Source of the DNA: Octopus bimaculoides
Lineage: Eukaryota
Direction of reading: 5' to 3'
DNA: 64,000 nucleotides
Assembly (NCBI RefSeq): GCF_001194135.2
Contig: NC_068999.1
Span: 22,320,541 to 22,384,540, forward strand
The notes beneath the pieces are model-generated. The model was not told the DNA's origin. It was given only the letters and a program-made list of their open reading frames with translations, and searched no databases. The translations under genes were made by a program, and so were the position numbers. Of this stretch, positions 40,196 to 53,098 are shown piece after piece; within the stretch, counting starts at the first letter, position 1; every line of letters starts with the position of its first letter.

Positions 40196-41877
40196 TCGAG
40201 ATACTTTCGTCTGCTAAGATCTGACAAGGAAGGAATTGTAATTCGAATTTCTTTGTAAAAAGTTTGCACTATTATGATAGAAATACAACTGGATTAAATT
40301 TAATAAATTATCGAATTAGAAGAGTGTTCCACCTTTTATTTTTGTGAAGAAACTTTCACATAAATTAAATCATTTTGTGATGCATAAATAAATATATTTT
40401 GTCAAAAGAGATTACTATAAAATTCTGGTTCATAATTTGTATTTCTGTACAATTGGAATTACAATTTTAATAGATTTAATACTTTATTTAACGTTTATTA
40501 TCGCAAAAATTTAATTGATTAAAAATATATACTCAGTTAAAGTCAAAGAATTTCCTGAAAAGTTTTGTGTTTTATTTATTTTATCTTTATATATGATCGA
40601 AAAAAAAAAAAAGAGGAGCTAACCACGAAACACGAGGGTCTAAAGAAAGTCGAAAGTAATTCAACTCTTTTTACTGTCATCAGTGTTAGTGTCAGACGAT
40701 ATGTAACGCTATAACAGTAGTCCTGCGGTGTGCAACGGATTTTTAAAAGCATAATTTAAGAATCCTTGCACATTCAAAAATACAAATGTATGTATATGAT
40801 ACATATACAATACAAAATCACATAGAAACGCAAATCCAAAACTGAAGAAAACTCAAACATGAGCGAAGAAAGAAAGAAACGTCAGTTTAACACTAAGTGC
40901 TTCGATTGGTCACACACAACACGGTCCAACGAAACCTACTGAAGCAAGCCAACACGCTCGCGGCATTACCACGGACTTTAGAAAATCCATTCTAATTTAA
41001 AAAAAAAAATTTTTGTATCTTTCCTTGCGAAATGCGCCCACGGTTGCAAAATGCTGAGGACAGTAGAACTACAATACAATAAGTATAAAATAAATTTCTT
41101 TGAACTATGACTAATGTGGTGATATTTTAGGGTAAGGTGTAAGTGATAATTGAGTGATTATGATGAAATGTTAACGGGAGACATCGGAATTATAACATAG
41201 TTGCTGATGAAGAAGACAGCTTGCTTTGATATGTCAGGCTAGGATTTAATAGCGATTTATTTAGGCAATAAGATGTTGGCGCAGATACAGTCGATTATAT
41301 CAATAGTTGACTAATTCTTATTTTATTGCTCTCGGAATGACGAAAGAAAGTAAGTTTTAGTAGCTTTAAGTTTAGAAGGCAAAGGGACATAACCAAATAA
41401 TGTGTAAAGTATTTTGTCAAACACTCGACTAATTCTGTTGTACCTCTCAAATAAGAATAACAGTTTATAGTGCAGATACAAAGCTACAAATTTTGTAGCA
41501 GGCTATTGTCGATATCAACTTCAGAATTTGACTTGTAATATTTTATGGATGACGGAATGTTTAAAAGAAAAATCGACTCTAGCGAGTTTGAACACAGAAC
41601 ATAAAGGGACGTAATTAATACGGCAAACCATTTAGTTGGGTTCTCTCTCAATTCCGATAGTTGACTGCTTTTGTCATATAAATAACAATGATGAAATGAG
41701 TAATATTTAGAGAGAGACAAGAAGAGGAAATTATAACAAAATAGAAATTAAGATACAAAGGAATAAATAAAAACGGTTATTTTGTCAATCTCAGGTGATG
41801 GAAAGCAAAATCTACCTCAGCACGAGCTGAACTCAAAACGTTAACGACATAACTAACAAATTACAAACCCACTACCT

Positions 41878-42499
41878 TCTAATGATAATTCTTTCTTATA
41901 TAGGTACGACGCATGAAAATTTGGTAGAAGAGAGTAGTTGATTACATCGGCTCCAGTGTTCCACTGCTGCTTATTTTATCAACCGTAAAAGGATGAAAGG
42001 CAAATTCTTCCTCGGTGAAATCTGAACTCAGAACTTAAAACGAGAAGAAATGCTGCTAAGCTTTTTGTCCGACGCACTTATGATTCTGCCAGTTCATCAC
42101 CTTAATAATAATCCTTTCTACGATATGCACAAGGCCTGAAGTTTTGGGGAAGTGGAGGTAGTCAATTACATCGACCTCAGTGTTGGACTGGTACATATTT
42201 TATTACCCCCAAAAGAAAGGCAAAGTCGACTTGGCGACATTTGAACTCAGTGTGTGAAGTCGGAAGAAATGCCTCTAAGTATTTTGTCTGGCATGCTAGC
42301 GATTCTGTCAGCTAGTGCCTTAATAATAATAATAATAATTATTATTATTATTATTATTATTTCAAATTTTTTGCCATAAGGGCAGCTTGGGAGAGATGGG
42401 GATGAGTCGATTACATCGACCCCAGTGTTCAACTGGTACTTGTTTTATCGACGCCGAAAGGATGAAAGACAAAGTCGACTTCGGCAGAATTTGAACTCC
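41878..42499 (-). mobile_element. Three head-to-tail SINE family C copies separated by TAA/ATT repeats
   Basis: The module GATTACATCGAC...CTGGTAC...GGATGAAAG(G/A)CAAAGTCGAC recurs near 41940, 42165 and 42410; the last copy is 5'-truncated. Confidence 0.7.
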
Positions 42500-42589
42500 T
42501 AATAATAATGATAATAAGGATTTCAAATTTTGACACATAAAAAAAGTGCAGACTAGAAACAAATTATACTGTATCATCCATTATGTAGG

Positions 42590-45500
42590 TCATCAAGGGA
42601 GGTTTCCCTCAGGGAGGAACCAGCCTGAGGTTGAAAAGTTGACAGTTGGAACAAACTCCTCTGAAAATGATCTTGAGGGAAATTAGAACTGAGAAATCAA
42701 CTCTGACACCTTAAGACAAACACCAAATAAAACAAATGTCAAAAGGACCACTAAGATAGATAGGTGAGAGAGGAGTATGAACAAGTCATGACAGCATTCT
42801 ACACAGCACTGAACCAACCAGGAGGTAATAAAACTAAGTTGTGTCTCAAAATCTGGAGATACAAACAAACAAATTAGCCAATGTACGCATTGACATCATG
42901 CGTAATAACCATCTAACACCAACAGAATTAGAGACAAACAAAAATAATGTCACTATCATCCCAGAAAATCTGGCTGAAGCACATGATACAGACACTGGGA
43001 ATAATGAACAGGAAAAAATTACTCAACCTATTGATTGAAACACCCATGAACATGATATTGATGTAGGCAACTTGGAGCCTGAAGTAGTAGATGGCCAAGC
43101 TGGAACTGAGGTAACAGAAAGTAGGAATGAACCTGACACTGCAATGGCTAGCACATTTGTTGAAGCCAATTGAGAGGAAATACTCAAGGAAAAAGATGAT
43201 ATCTACAGAGAGTTAGGCATTTCTAAGTGTTTAGAAATGAATGAGAGAGGTCAATTACCAAAGTTTCAGAACACCAAATCAATTCACTGTACAGTCAAAG
43301 AAGCAGCTTCTCTTTGAAACTGAGACAAATCTAACTTCATCAAACTATCTTATATAATCAACATCTGTTGCTGCTACAAAGAAAATAAATGTCAAAATAA
43401 AGAAGAAAACAAAATGGCTTCCAAAAATGCATGCAAACAGCCATGGTGGAAAAAGCACATAAATAAGGAAATTGAGAACTTCCAATGGGAATTATTGTTT
43501 TTAGGTGAACTCTCCAAAGGAAATAATGTAAAAATGAGAATGACTAGAAAGATTAAAGTTCTGAGATGAAAGGAGATGGTTAGGCAAAAAGTTCAGGTTA
43601 AGGCCCAAACTTATGCAAATATGAAGAGAGAAACAAATTTTACAGATAAAATAAGATATTTAAAACTGATGCTAAGGAATTCTGCAGAGAGTTAGGGAAA
43701 TAGTCATTTGAAATAAAAGACCCAACTGATATGAAAGAAGTACTGACATTTTGGAAAAGCATATGGAGTGATAGAAAGGAATTTAACAAAGAAGCTGAAT
43801 GGGTAGGGAGAGAAGAAGAAGAAAGAATGACTGAGATTGAAGAACAAGAATGGGAGGATATTACAATGCAGGAACTAACTCAAGCTCTATCTAAAACTCA
43901 TAAATGGCAGTTTCCTGTACATGATAAAATCCCAAACTTCTGGCCTCTCATCATCACATTACAAGTTAATGGATGTTTCTCTGATATCATCAGAAACACC
44001 CAAATGACTAAACTGGCTCCCATTAAGAGTAACATACCTTCTCCCTAAAATAAGTGACATAAACAACCAAAAAAACTACAAGCTGAATATTTGTTTGACT
44101 ACTATGTATAAAATAGTTACATCATCCTCACTGAAAGGATGTACCAATTTCTCGATCAAAACATCCTTTCTCTTGAAGAAAATGGGTGCAAAGGAAACTC
44201 ATATAGTTGCAAACACCAGCTATTAATAAATCATATGATACTTGAAAATTGCTCATCAAAAAAAATGAAATCTTGGCACAGCATGGATTGACTATCCGTA
44301 AGGTGTTTGATAGTGTCCCACATAGCTGGATCGTAAAGGGTCTAAATGTATAAAAGATTTTCTGCAACATAGTAATGGAAACTATGGAATGCAAAATTTT
44401 TTCTCAACAACAAGACTGCTTGAATGCATCAGAGAAAATCAAAATAGATCATGGAATCTTGCAGAGTAATTCACTCTCCCCTCTTCTGTCTTTCCCTCAT
44501 TCTCTTGTCCCACAAGTTGAATAAAACAAGTTATGGGCACAAAATACTTGATATGATCATCTCATACTTGTTCTGCATGACTGATCAGAAATTATATGCA
44601 AATATGTAAGGATCTGAAAGGATTACTGGTAACTGAAAAAAATTCAGTGATAACATCAATATGGAGTTTGGACTAAATAAATGAGCAAAATCTACATTCA
44701 AATGTAATAAATTGACAACTAATACCTTGACCCAACTTGATAATGATACAACTATCAAGGATCTGAATCAGAAGGATTTTATTAGTATCTAGGGGTAAAG
44801 GAAAGGGATTCAATACTGGTCAATGAAAGAGAAGATCAGGAAAGACTATTATAAATGTGTCAGAATGGTCCTGAATACTGAGCTGAACTGCCAGGATAGA
44901 ATTGCAGCTATAAACTCTCTGGCAGTACTAGTTGTCCAGTATAGGCTTAATGTCATCAATTCAAATTTGAGTGAACTCCCAAAGTATGGACTTGAAAATC
45001 AGTAAACTACTGACATTAAACAGGATGCATCACACAAAATCAGGTGTCCATAGGCTCTATATCCAATGAAATGACTGTAGAAGCCTACTCCAACTTGAAA
45101 CATCCTATAAAATGACTATGATAGGACTCCAAATGTATATCCAAAGTAACCTTAACTGGATGATACAGCTGGTAAGACAACATCAACAGGGTGAGAAATT
45201 GCATCCAATCTCAAAGGAGGCTTTTAGATACAGACAAGAGCTTAACCTCCCTNNNNNNNNNNNNNNNNNNNNNNNNNNNNNNNNNNNNNNNNNNNNNNNN
45301 NNNNNNNNNNNNNNNNNNNNNNNNNNNNNNNNNNNNNNNNNNNNNNNNNNNNNNNNNNNNNNNNNNNNNNNNNNNNNNNNNNNNNNNNNNNNNNNNNNAA
45401 TGTTGATATTGTGGCAAGAAAAACCATCGTGTACCCCAAATGAGCTAGGGAAGCTGATGTAGATATGAGAAGAACCTGTCATTGGCTGCAGAACACTGGT

Positions 45501-45890
45501 TTGAAAACCAAAACAGAAGGATTTATCCTAGCGACACAAGGTCAGAGTCTCCTGACTCAGAACTTTCAAGCTAATGTCATGCACAAAGCTGTAAACACAA
45601 AGTGTAGACTCTGCAATGACAAACTTGAGAGTATTGACCACATTGTTACCAGCTGCTCAGTTCTTGCACCAACAGAATATAAAACCAGTATGATCAAGCT
45701 GGCTAATACTTGCACTGAAACATATGCTGTCACATTGATATCCAATAGCCTAAGAACTGATATGAACATATTCAGAGCCAGTCACTGAGAGAGAGAATGC
45801 TACCATCCTATGGGAAACATACAAACAGGCAAATAAATGAAAACAGGCCAGACATTGCTGTGAAAATAACATCCATTCATGAATTTATTT
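42590..45890 (+). mobile_element. Degenerate R4/Dong-clade non-LTR retrotransposon (RT, CCHC knuckle, restriction-like endonuclease)
   Basis: FWKSIWSD..EFNKEAEWV; frameshifted WIDY/KVFDSVPHSWI; TEGFILATQGQSL; CRLCNDKLESIDHIVTSC; NRPDIAV. Confidence 0.85.
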
Positions 45891-46330
45891 GTTTATTAAT
45901 TTTTTTGCATACATATTTTACCTGTGAATTTGCGTGTGTAAACTGGGAATGCATACGAGTTTCTCTGCCCTAGGTGTACGGAAAACACTCGGCGTGAAAT
46001 GGAAGAAAATTTGAAGAAAGAAGAAAAAAATACATAATAATAATGATAATAAACAAATCTCAAGACAATGCTCCAGCATGGCTGCAGTGAAATGACCAAA
46101 ACAAGTAAAAGAATAAATGTTTAAAGGAGATTGGAATAGAATATTGTAGAGCTTCTACAGAAAGTTTGGCTCTTAGGGATAGGAAAGATTATCAGGAGGG
46201 TTCTAAACACTTGAAAGACTATTGAAAGCTTGTGAATACTTAACGTTACAGGTAGAAACCTGCTCCCCGCATAAATTCTACCAGAAATAAGAATGAGCCT
46301 GAGTTAAATCAACAATAACAACAACAACAA

Positions 46331-46382
<52 letters not shown>

Positions 46383-46386
<4 letters not shown>

Positions 46387-46551
46387 TAGTTTTATTTTTA
46401 TAGCGTGCTTTCACTTCACTACCGAGCGCAGCTCTGTGTGCCTTGGGTATGTGCTGTGGTTTGCTGTGATGCTCTTATGGTTACTGTATTGAAAGTGTTT
46501 TACATAGGATGTGTGCAGTGCCCAGTAGTGCAATTTTCTGTATGTTATATA
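46383..46551 (-). mobile_element. 3' end of an R4/Dong-type element with (TAA)n tail; remainder in the gap
   Basis: IYNIQKIALLGTAHILCKTLSIQ* is a typical RLE-clade C-terminus; a short 3' UTR runs into (TAA)n at 46334-46383. Confidence 0.8.
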
Positions 46552-46552
46552 T

Positions 46553-47278
46553 NNNNNNNNNNNNNNNNNNNNNNNNNNNNNNNNNNNNNNNNNNNNNNNN
46601 NNNNNNNNNNNNNNNNNNNNNNNNNNNNNNNNNNNNNNNNNNNNNNNNNNNNNNNNNNNNNNNNNNNNNNNNNNNNNNNNNNNNNNNNNNNNNNNNNNNN
46701 NNNNNNNNNNNNNNNNNNNNNNNNNNNNNNNNNNNNNNNNNNNNNNNNNNNNNNNNNNNNNNNNNNNNNNNNNNNNNNNNNNNNNNNNNNNNNNNNNNNN
46801 NNNNNNNNNNNNNNNNNNNNNNNNNNNNNNNNNNNNNNNNNNNNNNNNNNNNNNNNNNNNNNNNNNNNNNNNNNNNNNNNNNNNNNNNNNNNNNNNNNNN
46901 NNNNNNNNNNNNNNNNNNNNNNNNNNNNNNNNNNNNNNNNNNNNNNNNNNNNNNNNNNNNNNNNNNNNNNNNNNNNNNNNNNNNNNNNNNNNNNNNNNNN
47001 NNNNNNNNNNNNNNNNNNNNNNNNNNNNNNNNNNNNNNNNNNNNNNNNNNNNNNNNNNNNNNNNNNNNNNNNNNNNNNNNNNNNNNNNNNNNNNNNNNNN
47101 NNNNNNNNNNNNNNNNNNNNNNNNNNNNNNNNNNNNNNNNNNNNNNNNNNNNNNNNNNNNNNNNNNNNNNNNNNNNNNNNNNNNNNNNNNNNNNNNNNNN
47201 NNNNNNNNNNNNNNNNNNNNNNNNNNNNNNNNNNNNNNNNNNNNNNNNNNNNNNNNNNNNNNNNNNNNNNNNNNNNNT
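46553..47278. other. Largest assembly gap
   Basis: Run of N. Other gaps: 267-277, 26826-26901, 31102-31358, 32310-32409, 45253-45398, 54128-54684, 58619-59007. Confidence 0.99.
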
Positions 47279-47288
47279 ATTATTATTA

Positions 47289-47505
47289 AGGCAGCAAGCT
47301 GGCAGAATCATTAGCATGTTGGACAAAATGCTTAGTGTATTTTGCTCATTACTACATTTTGAGTTCAAATTCTACCAAGGTTGACTTGGTCTTTCACCCT
47401 TTCAGGGTTGATAAATTAAGTACCAGTTGTGTACTGAGGTCGATCTAATTGACCGGCTCCCTCCCTCAAAATTTCAGGCCTTGTGCCTATAGTAGAAAGG
47501 ATTAT
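47289..47505 (+). mobile_element. SINE family C copy embedded in (ATT)n
   Basis: GGCAGCAAGCTGGCAGAATC...GAGTTCAAATTC...GGGTTGATAAATTAAGTACC, followed by (ATT)n to 47563. Confidence 0.75.
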
Positions 47506-47513
47506 TATTATTA

Positions 47514-47566
<53 letters not shown>

Positions 47567-47799
47567 TCTGCCTCAACAAAGGCGAAGGTATTGTTTTCAG
47601 TTGTGTTTGTTTGCTTCTTTGTCTGTTGACAAGATATCTCAAGAACTGCTGGTTGGATTTGGATGAAATTTTCAGGGGTGTGTGGCCTCGTGACTGGCAC
47701 AAACTGATTAGATTTTGGGATTGATCTGATACCGGACAAGGATTCTGGATTATTTGTTATATTTACTTTACTTTACATGAAGTATTACAATCTTACATT

Positions 47800-48390
47800 C
47801 ACTTTCAAGTCTTTCTCTGATTATCTCCCTTGAAAGCACACTCATAGTTTCCACATAAGTTATGGTGGCGTTACTGTTTCCAAACTTCATTCCTATATCT
47901 CATGAGAATGTTATAACTAGTTCTAATTATTTCTTGATGTTGATCATATTACCAGAATATAACTTTAGGTCATCAGCAAAAAATGTGTGGGTGACATTAA
48001 GTTTATTCTTTTCTATATATCCTAGCATGTAGCCTTGGCATTTTGTTAACAGGACTGACAAAGGATTCAGTGTAAGTACAAATACGTGTGTGTGTGTATG
48101 CATGTATGCACATGTTTTTTTTTCTGTTTTTAATTATTTAAACTCTTCCTTTGAGGACGGAAGTGGTTTCTAACAAAAACACAAAGTTCCATTATTGGAA
48201 TGTAATTAGCAAAAACAATGTCACATTTTAAACTTGAGATAGGTCTTGCAAATGTTTATTGTTCCACTTACAGATTGTATTTGTAATGTGTGAGTCAGTT
48301 GGTTGTTTTCATTTTTTTGAAAATCCAAGCTTATCTGGACTTAGTTCAAGTGCACCAATTATCATTGGTATGAATATAAATTTGTAATCC
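47800..48390 (-). mobile_element. Further R4-type fragments
   Basis: LNPLSVLL...NVTHTFFADDLKLY (RT) near 47960-48075 and YKFIFIPMIIGAL (C-terminus) near 48340-48390. Confidence 0.65.
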
Positions 48391-48391
48391 T

Positions 48392-48422
<31 letters not shown>

Positions 48423-48646
48423 GCCTGCCTGTCTGTCTGTCTGCCTGCCTGCCTGCCTGCCTGTCTGCCTGCTTGCCTGTCTGTCTGTCTGCCTATCTGT
48501 CTGTCTGTCTGTATGTATGTATGTATGTATGTATGTGTGCATGTAAGCATGTGTGCATCCAACAAATTGGAACCTGACAGATGACTAACTATAGCACTTA
48601 CTCATATATATATACATGTGTGTATATATATATATATAAATGTATG

Positions 48647-48685
<39 letters not shown>

Positions 48686-48689
48686 AGAA

Positions 48690-50880
48690 AGTTAGTTCAC
48701 TTGTGATCTAAACAAATAGGTATACTGATTAAGTGCTATAGTTAGTCATCCGTTAGGTTCTAATTTCACATCTGAGGCTGGATCTAGGGATCCATATTAG
48801 GGTTCTGTTATAGCAGGTATATATTATATTAGAGGAAAAAGCAAAACCAAGGCAGAACAAGTATCTCAAGTCATTTAGAATAAATTAATTAGGGTAAGGT
48901 GAATTTGAAGTCTTACAGCCATTTCTGGGATAATCCAAAGGGTAGGTTAGCATGTCCATTTACTGGGTATTCTGTCATCAGGGACAAGGTATGAATATTT
49001 TAGACAGGGAAAATTTACAGTTTACAAGGAATAAAATATATTCACAGGTTATAAAGAATAAAATAGAAGAATAATGGAGTAAATGGAAGAATAAAGAGTA
49101 AGGTAGAATACAGGTGGGAGAGGATTTGGATGTTGGTCAGTACTTCCATGAAGGTATAGGTCCTTAGTTAAAATTCCAGGTAAATTCAGGTGGTATTTTG
49201 GCAAGATTAAAAGGAATCAAAAGAAAGAGGAAATAATGAGAAAATAAAAAAATAAAGAGTAGTGAGGTATATTGTAATATTGTTAAAAATTAACAAGAGT
49301 AAATATATAGTTTTAGACTAGGTTATCTTATGCATACTTTTACCTCTGTGATATCCTATTAAAAATCCTTACTTGGGAAGTACTTAAATACTTTCTTTAA
49401 AAAAATGCATGTATCACAGAGCTAATTCGTTTTTTATGATTTAATAGCCTCTAATTAGAGATAAAGATATAGTATATTTCTTCCAAGCATAAAATTACAC
49501 TTTGATTTTCCAATAGTATATGGTTAAACTCTACTAATTATTGCCCTTTTAATATCATATTTAGTGTTCTTATCCTTTAAAAACCAGGTGAACCCACTCA
49601 AACTTGTACAATTCATTTTATCTCTATCTTTGAATAAAGAAAGGTGGTTTTGCAATCTTTTCTTAAGGTCTGTTGAACATGATCCTATATAATAATTGGA
49701 AATACCATCAGCTGTTACTGTACATCCATAAACTATGTTTTTTCTGAGGCATTATTCTTCAAGCAGAGATAATTTGTTCCCACAGTTTCAATGTTACTTA
49801 TTTATATTAACCCTTGTTACTGGCAGAAATATTAGGTACTTCATCTATACTATTACTTAATACCCTATGAGTAGTATTAGTTTTGCTCTATGTTAAGTTG
49901 GATGTGTTATATTATCCACTTAGTTCAATTAATTCAAACGTGTAGCTTGGGTCCAGTTATTTCCCTTACATTCCTATTGTTAACCAGACATTATCTCCCG
50001 AGAGTCTTTCAAATTACGGCATAGTTATTATTACTATCTATATTAGTTTTATTACCTGTGTTTATTAGGTTCCTATTAGCAAATTCTCTAATCCTCCTTA
50101 TCTTGTGTGCTGCAATAATTTGTGTTAAGTCTCTACTTGTCGAAAAGGCAAAACTAATCCTGTGCTGATTAAAAATTCTAGCTGTACTTGCTAGATGGTA
50201 GAAATGTTCTTATCTAATGCAGCGAAAAATTTTGCCAGTATGTTTGTGATTATCTGCTTTATACCATGATATATGTCTAGATTTAGCTTTTCTTTTAGGG
50301 AAGTGGATACTCTTTTTGTCAATAGTTCTATTTTTATGTCTATTATATGTTTTCCGCAAAGATATATTACTATGTTTATTATGGGGTTTACTTAAAATTA
50401 CATCATTATCCTCTATGCAGCTATTCTTATTAACGTGATTTTTGGCATGGTCAGTGGAAATCACATTATTTTTCTCAAGGTTTTTTGTTTTACATTCAAT
50501 TTTTGTATTAACTATTTGATTCAAAACATAAACCTTATTCATATATTCTTTGATTTCATTTTTAGGGATACAGAATATTTTATCTTTGTATCCTGCTTCA
50601 GCTAGGGTATTATTATAATACCTTTCATTATTCCTGAAAATCCCTTCATTAGTAGATAATCTACATATACAAAGAAAAATATTTTTAATGATAGAATCAG
50701 TAATATTTTTAGGATGATTCGAGCTTTTACATATATGTTCAAGGTTATCATTGGGTTTGTAGTACGGTTGGCATTCTCCTGTACCCAAATCCATATTGGA
50801 TGACCTCAGGACACTGAATCTTTCAGACAAGATGACAAAGGACTGAGATACCTGGCACCTTGCTGTACTCAAGCAGACCT
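48690..50880 (-). mobile_element. Penelope-like element, 5'-truncated: RT thumb and GIY-YIG endonuclease
   Basis: YYKPNDNLEHICKSSNHPKNIT...LSTNEGIF (PLE thumb). GIY-YIG as IVYGCTV...NYYIGSCSTDLKKRLQNH (49660-49735), followed by a CxLCxxE-like remnant. Confidence 0.85.
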
Positions 50881-51049
50881 GTGCTCCACAGCAGGAGTGT
50901 TAAGGTCACTTCTATTGGTGAAGAGGATTGGCCTGCAAGAGTCCTATGCTGGTGTCATGAAAGCACTCATGTCACATTGCTACAGTAGATATAAAATATC
51001 GAATGCAAAAAACATTAGTGATTATTCATTTAGTTTTTACTCTTAGAAT

Positions 51050-52860
51050 CACATCATTTAGTCCAGGTCATCTACTTGAAAGAGTTGTTTTCCTTGCACT
51101 CTATAACGCCTGACCCTTTATCCCGAATGAGTTATCTTTTATGAATAATGAGCCGTTAAAACATACCAACTCTGCTTTCTCTAATATACATACATTTTAA
51201 TTTACTACAAATTTATTTGTGTGGTTGAAAGTACACTTTTCAGCTAACAAAATCAACTTATGATAAGTGTCCTTCTCCCAGCCTTAAGTGGTGAACTAAT
51301 TGACTTGATTACAACTCCTGCAGGTACTATTTCCTATATGAAAATTAAACTAGAGATATTAAAATGTATATCCAGTTTTTACCAAAAGCGTTTACATCAA
51401 CTTTCCAGTCACACAATTGAAGTTTGCCTTCATCACATTCCTTGATATTAGTGATTTTGATCTTGTCTAACTGAATAATTTAGCTTTTCTATGACAATGT
51501 ATTGCCACTTCACACTATTGTTACTACAAGCTGATTCCTTAATTTAATATTCTGACTTCATCAGACAAATCATAATCTGAAGCATCATACCAGACTCTTT
51601 TCTAACATTATCATTTCTGATTTGCATTAATAACACCTTCTGTACATTTGAAAATCCCAAATTTATTATTTCCCATCATCTATCCGTCTGTCTGTCCATT
51701 TGTAATCCATCCATCGATTCACAAAATACCAAGTGTTGCTCAAGCAACAAATGACTTAGCTGTGGTTAATTTGTGGAAAAAGAATCATATTATTTGAAAC
51801 TCAATGTTAATATTCAGTGTGAAAGACATACAACTGAAAAATCAAGATTTTTACTTCTGCCTAAATATAGGCAAACTATTTTTATTGAAGGGCTTAATGA
51901 TAACAATGTTCTGAATCTTTCCACCTAGAACATTGGCAGAAGCTTGTTCAGACTTTCAAATCATATAATTCTCCTTGAATAAACCAGGTTTCATCTAACT
52001 GTATGGAGCATCTTCACTGTTTAACCTTGGGAACTAATGACATATATTGTAAAGCTTTGGCTTACTGGAATTGAAATTTCTTGAAAAATGGCATTTGTCA
52101 GTAGGAATAAGGATTCTCAGAATCAGAACATCCCTTTTGCCATATTCAAAAAATATTTTATATCAATGATATGGTATATGAGAATCTTAACAGCCAGATT
52201 TGTTCTATTGCATAGGCCTGGAAGATCCAGGGTGTGAAAGAGAATAATGGGTGCTTATACTTTAAGATCAAGACATTGTGATATACAATGGATTTAGAAA
52301 TTCCACTGAATCAAGATGGTCACTTAAGGTGAATCAAGAAGTGTATTTATTGAATTGTAGCTCTGGTACTTTCCAGGCAGCAGTGGTCCTTACCAGGTAG
52401 TAGTGGTCCTTACCAGCTAGCACTAGTTCTTACCTGGGTGCAGTGGTTCTTACCATGTAGACTACTACAAAAGCTGTGTTGATGGCATCAAAAGCATTGT
52501 TCTTTGAAATATACTGTGCTTCGTCACAGCCATCTGCAATTCTATTAACTTTTTATAAGGTGTGGGAAGACTATTTCTTTCAGTTCAACAACAAATGATG
52601 CTATTACATTGCTTGTCCCATGGAATTCTTTCTTGTGCATCTTGTTTGACATTGCTATTACCTTGTTTCAGTAACTTTGTTTGCAAATTACCCAGATGAT
52701 TGATTTCTATCACAAGCGATGGGTTCTCATGTTGGTAGATATGTATAATTTTCTTCAATTTCTTCAGATACTTCAAGACTTTCTGTGGCTATTTTTCGAA
52801 GTATTCCAGAGACTTTATGAGTTAATAAGCCTCCATCAATAGTAGTAGTTCAGCCAAATA
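51050..52860 (-). mobile_element. Possible very old LINE 5' remnant (ORF1-like and endonuclease-like text)
   Basis: Weak peptide resemblance only, with many stops. Confidence 0.25.
52381..52460. repeat. Minisatellite, 4 x 20 bp
   Basis: CAGTGGTCCTTACCAGGTAG / TAGTGGTCCTTACCAGCTAG / CACTAGTTCTTACCTGGGTG / CAGTGGTTCTTACCATGTAG. Confidence 0.85.
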
Positions 52861-53098
52861 AGTGATTGGACAGAAGAAAACAAAACACCAAAAATTTTAC
52901 AATTCAAAAAGAAGAAATGTTTGAAATATCAAAAATACATTTTTATTAAAAATATGAATCACAAGCAGTATTTTTCTTATAATATTTCATTAATTATAGA
53001 TATATTTTATATTTATGCAAATATGATTTAGCTGCATTAGGTAACTACTTTTATATGAGGTAAATAAATGGTATTACCTATTAAATACTCTGTAATAA

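Noticed and set aside
46405-47384. Long ORFs made of X (also 31059-31470, 45112-45482, 54037-54882, 58486-59039)
   Set aside because: They are read-through of N-gaps; only the short R4 C-terminus next to this gap is meaningful.
52381-52460. Regular 20-bp repeats as a CRISPR array
   Set aside because: The units are contiguous, with no spacers or cas genes, in a eukaryotic context.
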